Positions 1-8,042 of a stretch of DNA of 13,426 nt are shown piece by piece. The position numbers were made by a program, and so were the translations under genes. The number at the start of each line of letters is the position of its first letter. The stretch's first letter is position 1. Source of the stretch: Candidatus Hydrogenedentota bacterium (GTDB lineage Bacteria; Hydrogenedentota; Hydrogenedentia; Hydrogenedentales; GCA-2746185). The notes under the pieces were generated by a model, which searched no databases, was not told where the DNA came from, and saw nothing but the letters and a program-made list of their open reading frames with translations. The stretch covers positions 1 to 13,426 of the forward strand of contig JAYGCN010000315.1 of NCBI GenBank assembly GCA_046583315.1. Reading direction: 5' to 3'.

Positions 1-3000
1 CTCACCGCTCGGGCATACAACTTCAACTGCGCTTCATAACGCGGCAAACTCGATGATCGATGCACGCCCGTTTTGTAATCGATCAGAATCCCCGAGTCGG
101 TCATGACATCAATCGTGCCGGAAATCCAGCGACCCTCTTCCTGAACCGTGAACGGCAACTCCCGCGCGAGCGCACCGCCTTCCACAAGAATCGTCATCAA
201 CTCGGACCTTCGCAACGTTTCCGCTACTTTGGCCAGATAATCACTCCAGGTTTCATCATGCACCAGAGCCGGATACCGTCGAGCGAGGAAGGCGTTTGGA
301 TCGGGTGCCGAATCGCCGGAGAAGTCCCACTCCTCCAGATACTCATGCGTCATCGTGCCACGCATCATCGCCGTATGCTGGGCAAGATCGAATGTTTCGT
401 CACGTTCCGGCCCTGGAAACTGTTCATCCAACCAACGCGTGACCGAAAGCCGATTCGGGGCCTCCTCGCTCGGCGCAATCCTCGCCCATTGAGTCGGGTC
501 GAGAGCGGGAGGCGATTTGGGCTCGGTTTTTGTTTTCCGTGTCGAAGCCTGATCGCTCCGGGAGAACCTCGGGATTAAATGCAGCTCGCCATTGGGACCA
601 AGCGTATCCACTCCCGCGCTCAGGCCAGCCTTGATTTCGTAGACCTCATCAAGCGACGCCAGGACTGAACTTTCTCCGAAAGAAGTGTATTCCCGCTCAT
701 CGTCCCCTTCATACGCAATCGACCCACTCACCACCAGTTGCCGCTCGGCCCGGGTCATGGCGACATACAGCACGCGCGCCGCCTCGGCCTCTTCTTCCTC
801 CTGGTTTCGCTCCATCATCGCTTCGGCCAAAGCATGTTTAGGTCCATCCCCATGCGTCGGCGGAACAACGACCACACCCGTCGCATCGTGATAGGCCAGC
901 CGGGAAAAATTTGACCCGGAATTGGCCGAAGCCGACATGTCAGCCAGAATAACGACCGGAAATTCGAGGCCCTTTGACGCGTGCACGGTCATCAGCGATA
1001 CCGCATTTGACCGCTCACCATAATGCGGGGCATCCTCCTCAATCACTTTGTGGGTCGTCTGTTCTTCGTAATACCGGACGAACTGATAGAGATGAGGACG
1101 CCCGTTTCGACTCATTTCGCGCGCGAGATCCAGAATTTTACGCACGTTGTTCACCCGCTGCTGCCCGTGTGGCATCGTCAACAATATCGCCTCAAACTGA
1201 GTCTCCTGGATAATCATGCCAATCAGGTCTGCGGCCGTATCGGTCCCGTGATTCTGAAATCGAGTCAACCATTCACGCGCCTGCACAAGACGTTCATGTT
1301 GAATCGAATCAGGAAGCGCGCGATCACCGTACACGCTTTCAGCCAGGCCACGATTCCATCCCAGACGAACAATACTGTTGTCGTCGAGCCCGACCATCGG
1401 CCCGCGCAAGAATCCGAGCAATGCGTGTTCATCCCAGGGGTTGTGCACCGCACGCAGCGCATTCACCAAGTCCGCAATTTCCTGCCGAAAGAAAAATCTA
1501 TTGCCGCCAAATGTTTCGAAAGGCACTCCTTCGCGCCGCAATTCGTTTTCATATAGATACATCTGCGATTTTTTCCGAAAGAGAATCGCCACATCGCCGT
1601 ACTCAATTGGCTCGCCATCCGTCGATGTCTCGCTCCACCGCCTAATCAATCGAGCAATCGTGCCGGATTCACCCTGACGCTGCGCCAATACCTTCTCCCC
1701 TTTCCGAAATTCGCTAAGCAAAACGGAGAAACCCGGACCCGTCGCCCTATCACGAAAGGTTTCCAATGGCACCCATGGCGACGCGACCTTTGAGAGGCTC
1801 TCGCCAACGCGAAAGTAGTGGTTGATGCCATCCATCACATTGGGGGTAGAGCGAAAATTCGTGTTCAACTCGATAATATGGTCAACTTCTTGTTGGGCCT
1901 GCTGAAATACCTCCACCTGCGCATTACGGAATCGATAGATCGACTGTTTGGCATCCCCAACGATGAACAACTCCGGACCGGCCTGTGTATCAGTGCACAT
2001 CAATCCACGCGCCAGTGCCCATTGCGCGTCATTCGTGTCCTGAAATTCATCGATCAACAAATACCGCATACTGCGCGCGACGCGATCCCGTATCGCCGCA
2101 TCCGACCCCAATAATTCAATCGACTGCTGCAACAAATCGCTGAAATCCTTCAAGGCATGGTCGCGTTTGTGCTGCTGATACGCCTCTCGCACCACGTCAA
2201 AGACCTGTGCCACCGAGCGCGTCAGTGATGCCGTCGCAAGATTGAATTCGACATCAAGCCAGCAATTAAAACGCTTTTGTAGAAACCGTTTCGCTTCCTT
2301 CGCGAAGGTACGCAATTCTTCGTAGGCATCCGGATCGTATTCGTCCTTCTTTTTTGCGCCGCGAAACGAAAACGAAGACAACTCGGCCAGATCGCTTCGC
2401 CAAGCAGGATCGTCATGATCCGAGGTCCGGGTCAACTCCACGAATCGACTGCGAAACTGCTCGTATCGATGTTTATCATTATCAATCGCACCATCCAGCT
2501 CCTGCGCTTGTCTTGCATATTTCTGAAATCCGGTTTCCATCTCATCCCGCTGCAACTCATGCCAGCGTTTAGCCAACTCCTCATCGCTCAGTCCGCGATA
2601 GTCGTCCAGATATTTTTGATAAAGCGGGCGTTTCAGCAGCGTCGTGATCGTGTCCAGCGCGTCTTGCATGCCCAACTCACGAATCACATGCTCCACGGAC
2701 GCGTCATTTTCATTCGCCAAACGATTTAACACCCGATCCGCGATTTGCCCCGGCAAGGTGATCGATTCCGCCTCGGACATCATCGCGAATTCGGGATCAT
2801 CTTTCACCCAGAGTCCGTGGTCGCGCAGGAGCCCCGAACAAAACGTATCAATCGTCGTGATGCGCGCGGTATCAATTTCGTAGAGAATCGAACGCCACTT
2901 GCTCGTCTCCTCCGAATCATCTTTCGGCACTTGCTTTTGGCATTCTTCCCGCAACCGTTCGCGCATTTCTGCCGCGGCTTTGCGTGTGAAGGTGATCGCG

Positions 3001-3152
3001 ACAATCTCGCTCAATCGCGCCTTATCTTCTTTCAACAGGTGAATGATTCGGTCGATCAACACCCGCGTTTTGCCCGATCCCGCACCCGCACACACGCAAA
3101 TGTGCTTGCCCGTGGTAACAATCGCCTCATGTTGCGCGTCGGTGTATTTCAT
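1..3152 (-). CDS. addA: AddA/RexA-like ATP-dependent helicase-nuclease (UvrD/SF1A helicase plus C-terminal RecB-family PD-(D/E)XK nuclease), 3'-partial
   Basis: Not in the ORF track. Manual translation from ATG at 3152 gives no stop through position 3 (1050 codons). Motifs: MKYTDAQHEAI (Q motif), CAGAGSGKTRVL (Walker A), AITFTRKAAAEMRERL (Ia), LLIDEFQDTN (Walker B), VGDAKQSIYRFRNA (III), NFRSTP (IV), MTVHASKGLEFPVVIL (V), RVLYVAMTRAE (VI), then RGTMTHEYLE..RELPF..SGTIDV..IDYKTG..YEAQLKLYA (RecB-type nuclease). ATGA overlap with the addB-like stop at 3149-3152. Confidence 0.92.
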   Translation of the reverse strand, partial: MKYTDAQHEAIVTTGKHICVCAGAGSGKTRVLIDRIIHLLKEDKARLSEIVAITFTRKAAAEMRERLREECQKQVPKDDSEETSKWRSILYEIDTARITTIDTFCSGLLRDHGLWVKDDPEFAMMSEAESITLPGQIADRVLNRLANENDASVEHVIRELGMQDALDTITTLLKRPLYQKYLDDYRGLSDEELAKRWHELQRDEMETGFQKYARQAQELDGAIDNDKHRYEQFRSRFVELTRTSDHDDPAWRSDLAELSSFSFRGAKKKDEYDPDAYEELRTFAKEAKRFLQKRFNCWLDVEFNLATASLTRSVAQVFDVVREAYQQHKRDHALKDFSDLLQQSIELLGSDAAIRDRVARSMRYLLIDEFQDTNDAQWALARGLMCTDTQAGPELFIVGDAKQSIYRFRNAQVEVFQQAQQEVDHIIELNTNFRSTPNVMDGINHYFRVGESLSKVASPWVPLETFRDRATGPGFSVLLSEFRKGEKVLAQRQGESGTIARLIRRWSETSTDGEPIEYGDVAILFRKKSQMYLYENELRREGVPFETFGGNRFFFRQEIADLVNALRAVHNPWDEHALLGFLRGPMVGLDDNSIVRLGWNRGLAESVYGDRALPDSIQHERLVQAREWLTRFQNHGTDTAADLIGMIIQETQFEAILLTMPHGQQRVNNVRKILDLAREMSRNGRPHLYQFVRYYEEQTTHKVIEEDAPHYGERSNAVSLMTVHASKGLEFPVVILADMSASANSGSNFSRLAYHDATGVVVVPPTHGDGPKHALAEAMMERNQEEEEAEAARVLYVAMTRAERQLVVSGSIAYEGDDEREYTSFGESSVLASLDEVYEIKAGLSAGVDTLGPNGELHLIPRFSRSDQASTRKTKTEPKSPPALDPTQWARIAPSEEAPNRLSVTRWLDEQFPGPERDETFDLAQHTAMMRGTMTHEYLEEWDFSGDSAPDPNAFLARRYPALVHDETWSDYLAKVAETLRRSELMTILVEGGALARELPFTVQEEGRWISGTIDVMTDSGILIDYKTGVHRSSSLPRYEAQLKLYARAV

Positions 3153-6100
3153 GACTGCACCTTGGCGCCGATGCGGCCCTCTTCGTAACGGCAAACCTTG
3201 TTCGAAGGACAATACGAGCATGCCTTGTCCTTCGTAGTGGGATGAAAGCGTCCCTGCTGCATCGCGTGTATCGATGATTCAATGCTTTCCCGTGCAGCTT
3301 CGATAACCGAGTCTCTGTTCTTGTCCGTAATGGCCACCGTTTTCGCGCGACCCACATGTTCATATTGAGCGACCTCACAAGCACTCTCAGGAATCAGTAA
3401 CGACTCCAATGCCATGGTGTACAATGCGAGTTGGACATTCCGCCCGGCCTTCATATCCCGAGCCATGCCCGACGCCAACGACATTTTGTAATCCACGATA
3501 CGCGCGTGCCCTTTGTCGTCCATATCAATTCGGTCGATACGCCCTGCAAAGCGGTATGCAACATCTCCAAGCTTCAGTTCAAAGCCGTCCGGGGTAGTGA
3601 TTGAATTTTCGTCATCACGGGCCGACTCTCCAAAACTCGTCTCAAAATACGTCGGATTCCAGGCCCCGTCATCAGTGTCGTGATGGATGCGAACATGCCG
3701 ATGTAGCGTCGCAATCAAACGTGCTTTTTCTGCACGCGCAATGCCCGGATAAGCGCGGCGAAAGTCCCGTGCTCTTCGATCAAATACTTCCCCGCCTATT
3801 TCTATCATTTTCTCCAGAATCTCATTTAGCGGCACATCGTCCATCGCAACGCTCGCATAGTGGCGATAGAATCGTTCCAACGCGTGGTGCAATATCTTTC
3901 CCGCAAGCCGCGCATCCAGAATGGACGATGGTGTATCTACGTCCGGCAGCTTGAGCATCACGTTCATCAAATATCGGAAGGGGCAATCAATCTGGGTTTC
4001 AATCTGGTAGGCGCTGAAGGTGTGTCGATGGTCGAAAAACGAGGTCAGTTCCGAAAGCAACTCCGGATCATTCAGCACGCCATCGTATTCATTGAAAGGC
4101 TTGTCGCTCAAGCGCGTCAATTCCAGTGCCGAACGCGTACGCACCGCGCTTACCTCCGAAGCCAAGTCTGCGGGAACATCCAGCCCACCCAGCACGACGG
4201 CGTTTACCGCTTCCCGCGGCGATGCGTGCCACGAATCAATGTTCGCAGCATCGCTCAAGAGCAGTAACCCCGCGTTGTGAAGTCGTTGTACTTCGCTGAC
4301 ATAGGGGCTGGGATACATCGGCTGCCCCTGCGCATTATGCCCGTGCCAGGATATCGTGAGTCGTTGCGTCGCCACTGAAAACAGACGCAAAAATTGAAGT
4401 CGCTCCATATCCAGGTGGCCCGAAGCCGATTTCAGCGGAATTCCGGCTTCCAGCAAATCACGCTGATCCTCCGGCGAATAGATTGCATTTCGTGGCGGTG
4501 CCGAAGGTACGGTCCCCTCATTGACACCGCACATGTACACCACGGGATACTCGAGATGCCGCGCGTCTTCCAGGGAAAGACACAAAACGCCTTCCCGCTC
4601 GCCCCTATCCGCTACGGGAGTCAACGCAAAACATTCGTGCAGCGTATCCACAAAATCAGCACGGTCCATTTTCTCCGAGTCGTCCTCAACAATGGTGCTG
4701 ACGGTATAGCTAAGCCCATGAATTCCATACCATGCCTGCACATCAGGCGCGCGCTGGTTGTCTTCCGCGAGTGCCACGAGCGTTTCCGGCGAAAATCGTT
4801 TCGCAAGTTCCGCAAAACACGCCACGTGATCAGCGAGCGTACCCGCGCCCAACAACGATTCCGAAATCGTTTCCAGCCGCTGCACATCCGTGATCAACGC
4901 GCGACACGCTTCCTTTAGAATCGGCATCCGCGCCAACCAATTCTGTGTCGTACGCCCCCCATCGGTTTCGAGACGCTCAATAACGCGATGAATCATATCG
5001 ACCCACGATCCTCCCTCGTCCGCAATACCCGCCTGCAACGCGATATTCCGGTAAGCACTCGTATGCTCGGTATCTTCCGAGCCCACCGCCTTGAAATAAG
5101 GAGAGGTCAACACAAACAGAACCCGATCCCTATCCCAGTTCGTTGTCGCCAAATACAAATTCGCCAGAAAATCCGAAAACCGTGATTGCGCCAGTGTCGT
5201 GGATTGATTGCTATGCCAGGGAATGCCGCATTCGGCGAATACCGCCTCCATCGTCTCGCGATAGGCCTCGGGATGCTTAAACACGATCAACACATCCGCC
5301 GGATTGATTCCATTTTCGACCAGATCCCGCTTCACGTCGCGCGCCAGAGTCTGTATCTCGTCCGCAACGGTATTGCAATGGGTCAGCGTCAGGTTCGCGT
5401 CTATTCCCTCCGAAGGTGGCCGATTCGATTCAGGATCGCGCCCGAACAACAACGACGACACGACGTCGCAACTCGACCTATCATCCGGTCCCTCACCTTC
5501 ACAGTCCACATGCGCCGCGTCAAACACATCCCGTATCGCGTTAAAGGTTTTGCGCGGCACGGCGTAGGCATCCGAAGCGGTGGGCAACATGCTGCAACTC
5601 AATCCGAAGACCAGCTGATTCAGATGAGGCGCGATCGACTGTATCAATCGAAATTCGGACGGCGTGAAATCATCAAACCCGTCGATGAGCAAGGTATCGA
5701 TCGATTCGAGCGCAGCAGGCTCCTGATCGCGGCAGGCCCTATCGGCCAACCAATACATGCCCTGCAAATCGCAAGCATTCGAATCGACCAGCGAGTCCTG
5801 ATATTCCTTATACACGCGCGCAACCATCGAATCAAAGGGAGTCGGGTTCTTTCGTTGCACAACCCTGGCATGAAACGCTTCGGGATCCACCGCGCTCTGT
5901 TTCAACTGCGAAATGACCCGTTGCACATGACTGAGAAATCCTGCGCTCAACGCCACCTCACCTAGAAAATCCAGGGCGCCTTCCTTCGCACACCGCTCGA
6001 GCGCGTGTCGCAATAGAAGATGTTGCGTCAGCGCAGGAACCGGGCGTCGACTCTCGGGTGTCCCTTCGAGAAGTTCTTCAGCAAATTTTGCGAAGTTAAC

Positions 6101-6283
6101 GATCGGATGCCCCATCAGACCCGAAATTTCAGCGCTCGCCAAAATGCGCCGAGTACGTTGTTGAACGGTGCGCTGAGTGGGCACAATAAGTCGCGTCGTG
6201 TCCAAATCAGAAAGCAGCAGTCGATCAATATCCTCACGCCGCGTGGACCATGCCAAACCGGTCAATACCCGCACCTGCGCCAT
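3149..6283 (-). CDS. addB: AddB/RexB-like protein: inactivated SF1 helicase fold plus PD-(D/E)XK nuclease with 4Fe-4S cluster
   Basis: 1044 aa. Degenerate helicase motifs (VLTGLAWSTRRE, LIVPTQ, LLIDGFDDFTPSE, LEYPVVYMCGVNEG, SVATQRLTISW). Nuclease motifs GKILHHALE, FETSFG, GRIDRID, IVDYK, QLALY. Four Cys in the AddB 'iron-staple' pattern (DCPF...CSYCPSNKVC). Lies directly upstream of the AddA-like gene. Purine-rich AGGGGG precedes the ATG. Confidence 0.85.
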   Translation of the reverse strand: MAQVRVLTGLAWSTRREDIDRLLLSDLDTTRLIVPTQRTVQQRTRRILASAEISGLMGHPIVNFAKFAEELLEGTPESRRPVPALTQHLLLRHALERCAKEGALDFLGEVALSAGFLSHVQRVISQLKQSAVDPEAFHARVVQRKNPTPFDSMVARVYKEYQDSLVDSNACDLQGMYWLADRACRDQEPAALESIDTLLIDGFDDFTPSEFRLIQSIAPHLNQLVFGLSCSMLPTASDAYAVPRKTFNAIRDVFDAAHVDCEGEGPDDRSSCDVVSSLLFGRDPESNRPPSEGIDANLTLTHCNTVADEIQTLARDVKRDLVENGINPADVLIVFKHPEAYRETMEAVFAECGIPWHSNQSTTLAQSRFSDFLANLYLATTNWDRDRVLFVLTSPYFKAVGSEDTEHTSAYRNIALQAGIADEGGSWVDMIHRVIERLETDGGRTTQNWLARMPILKEACRALITDVQRLETISESLLGAGTLADHVACFAELAKRFSPETLVALAEDNQRAPDVQAWYGIHGLSYTVSTIVEDDSEKMDRADFVDTLHECFALTPVADRGEREGVLCLSLEDARHLEYPVVYMCGVNEGTVPSAPPRNAIYSPEDQRDLLEAGIPLKSASGHLDMERLQFLRLFSVATQRLTISWHGHNAQGQPMYPSPYVSEVQRLHNAGLLLLSDAANIDSWHASPREAVNAVVLGGLDVPADLASEVSAVRTRSALELTRLSDKPFNEYDGVLNDPELLSELTSFFDHRHTFSAYQIETQIDCPFRYLMNVMLKLPDVDTPSSILDARLAGKILHHALERFYRHYASVAMDDVPLNEILEKMIEIGGEVFDRRARDFRRAYPGIARAEKARLIATLHRHVRIHHDTDDGAWNPTYFETSFGESARDDENSITTPDGFELKLGDVAYRFAGRIDRIDMDDKGHARIVDYKMSLASGMARDMKAGRNVQLALYTMALESLLIPESACEVAQYEHVGRAKTVAITDKNRDSVIEAARESIESSIHAMQQGRFHPTTKDKACSYCPSNKVCRYEEGRIGAKVQS

Positions 6284-6310
6284 GGCCTGCCCCCTGTTTA
6301 CACCTAAGCC

Positions 6311-7990
6311 CTAAACATCCTCAGCCTGAACAATTTCATAACGATATCCTTGTTCGGTCAAGAATAACTGCCGCTTCATACTGAAATCCTGATCCGAAGA
6401 ATCCCGGGAGACGATCGAGTAAAAATGCGCAATCGTTCCGTCGCTTTTGGGCCGAAGAATACGCCCGAGACGTTGCGCTTCTTCCTGTCGAGAGCCGAAG
6501 GTACCTGAAATTTGTATCGCGACATTGGCATCGGGCAGATCAATTGCAAAATTGGCCACCTTGGAAACGACCAAGAGCTTTATCTCACCGTTGCGAAACT
6601 TTCCGTACAATTCCTCGCGCGCTTTGTTGCCCGTTTTTCCCGTAATGATGGGTGCCTTTAACGTATCGGCAAATTCCTTCAATTGATCGAGGTATTGCCC
6701 GATGACCAGAATATTATCGCCTTGATGTTTTGCGATGAGTTTCTTGCATATCCCAAGTTTTTCAGGATTGGTGGACGCGATCCGGAACTTGCTACGTTTG
6801 CTCGCGATGGCATATTGATAGCGATCTTCGGAGAGCAGTGGCACACGAATCTCGTGACAGACCGCCTGTGCAATCCATCCCTGCTTCTCAAGCACCTTCC
6901 AGGGCACATCATATTTCTTCGGACCGATAAGCGAAAACACGTCGTCCTCACGCGCATCTTCACGCACCAATGTCGCGGTTAACCCAATACGCCGACGCGC
7001 CTGCAAGCTCGCGGTCGCACGAAACACAGGTGCCGGCAGCAAATGCACTTCATCGTACACAACCAGCCCCCAGTTGCCCTGATCAAAAAGACCAAAATGC
7101 ACGAAGGGGCTGTCCTTCGTCTTACGGTACGTCAATACCTGATAGGTCGCAATGGTGATCGGTCGAATCTGCTTCGACTCCCCGCTATATTCGCCAATCT
7201 GATCTTCCGTCAGTGTCGTTTTGTCCAACAGCTCGCTTTTCCATTGATGCAGCGCGACGGTGTTGGTCGTCAGCACGAGTGCCTGCGTTTGCATGGCATG
7301 AATCGCACCGATACCCACGCACGTTTTCCCCGCACCACAGGGCAATACGATTACGCCGCTACCCCCGTGATTCGAACCGCGCATATAGAAGGAATCCACC
7401 GACTCCACCTGATACTTGCGAAGGCCGAAGGGCTTTCCTGACAGAGCCGTTTCCCGAAGATCAAAAGGTAACGGCGCGCCTTCGATGTAGCCGGCGAGGT
7501 CTTCGACTGGAAATCCAATCTTGATGAGCGCGCTCTTGATGTTGCCGCGGTCTCCGGGTGCCACGAGCAGTCGATTGGCATCGCTGGAGCGTGTCGCATA
7601 AGGTTTAATGCTCGGGTTGTTAAACAACTCCGTCAACAGAAGCGGATCGTCGGATTCGATAGCGAGGAGGCCGTCTTCAAGCTTATACAACTTCAAGCGA
7701 CCGTAACGCGACACGTAATCCCTGATCTCAAAGATAATGTTATCCGGAATATCGTATTTGCTGTATTGACCAAGGCTGCTGATAATCAGTTCCGCGTCCA
7801 TGCCCGCCGCAGCGGCATTCCACAGCGACAGGGGGGTAATGCTGTAGGTGTGGATGTGTTCGGGAGATTTCACCAATTCGGCAAAGGAGGCAATCGCATC
7901 ACGCGCGTCTTCGAAACACGGTCCGTCGGTTTCCAACAGAATTGAACGATCGGATTGAACAATTACAGGAGTGTCGGTTCGAGTAGCCAT
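6311..7990 (-). CDS. xpb: Bacterial XPB (Ssl2/Rad25-like) SF2 DNA helicase
   Basis: Typical bacterial XPB N-terminus (PVIVQSDRSILLE..FAELVKSPEHIHTYSITPLSLWNA), LRKYQ, LPCGAGKT (Walker A), DEVH, GLTATLVREDA (contains the XPB RED motif), SKVANFAIDLPDA, GSRQEEAQRLGRILRPK, RQLFLTEQGYRY. Start moved from 8161 to ATG at 7990 (MATRTDTP, 559 aa) because the longer ORF overlaps the Sel1 gene. Confidence 0.93.
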   Translation of the reverse strand: MATRTDTPVIVQSDRSILLETDGPCFEDARDAIASFAELVKSPEHIHTYSITPLSLWNAAAAGMDAELIISSLGQYSKYDIPDNIIFEIRDYVSRYGRLKLYKLEDGLLAIESDDPLLLTELFNNPSIKPYATRSSDANRLLVAPGDRGNIKSALIKIGFPVEDLAGYIEGAPLPFDLRETALSGKPFGLRKYQVESVDSFYMRGSNHGGSGVIVLPCGAGKTCVGIGAIHAMQTQALVLTTNTVALHQWKSELLDKTTLTEDQIGEYSGESKQIRPITIATYQVLTYRKTKDSPFVHFGLFDQGNWGLVVYDEVHLLPAPVFRATASLQARRRIGLTATLVREDAREDDVFSLIGPKKYDVPWKVLEKQGWIAQAVCHEIRVPLLSEDRYQYAIASKRSKFRIASTNPEKLGICKKLIAKHQGDNILVIGQYLDQLKEFADTLKAPIITGKTGNKAREELYGKFRNGEIKLLVVSKVANFAIDLPDANVAIQISGTFGSRQEEAQRLGRILRPKSDGTIAHFYSIVSRDSSDQDFSMKRQLFLTEQGYRYEIVQAEDV

Positions 7991-7998
7991 AGAGAGCG

Positions 7999-8028
7999 AG
8001 TGTATCACACGCAACAAATCATTGTTAA
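7999..8028 (-). promoter_or_regulatory. Putative sigma70-type promoter for xpb (TTAACA-18 bp-TACACT, with extended -10 TG), implying a leaderless or near-leaderless transcript
   Basis: Minus strand reads TTAACA(8028-8023) atgatttgttgcgtgTGa TACACT(8004-7999) cgctctct ATG(7990). The -10 hexamer ends 8 nt before the ATG and there is no Shine-Dalgarno near the start. Confidence 0.5.
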
Positions 8029-8042
8029 GGGAAACTCGCCTC

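Noticed and set aside
60..3188. Many short ORFs on both strands (e.g. 60-578, 1023-1556, 1646-1831, 2222-2416, 2745-3188)
   Set aside because: All lie within the continuous addA reading frame and are antisense or off-frame shadows.
3149..4030. Cas4-like Fe-S nuclease suggesting CRISPR or a defence system
   Set aside because: This is the C-terminal domain of AddB, which shares the fold with Cas4. No cas genes, repeat arrays or mobile-element signs are present.
5186..5965. 259-aa plus-strand ORF and similar ORFs opposite addB and xpb
   Set aside because: Antisense to well-supported genes, with no motifs or convincing RBS.
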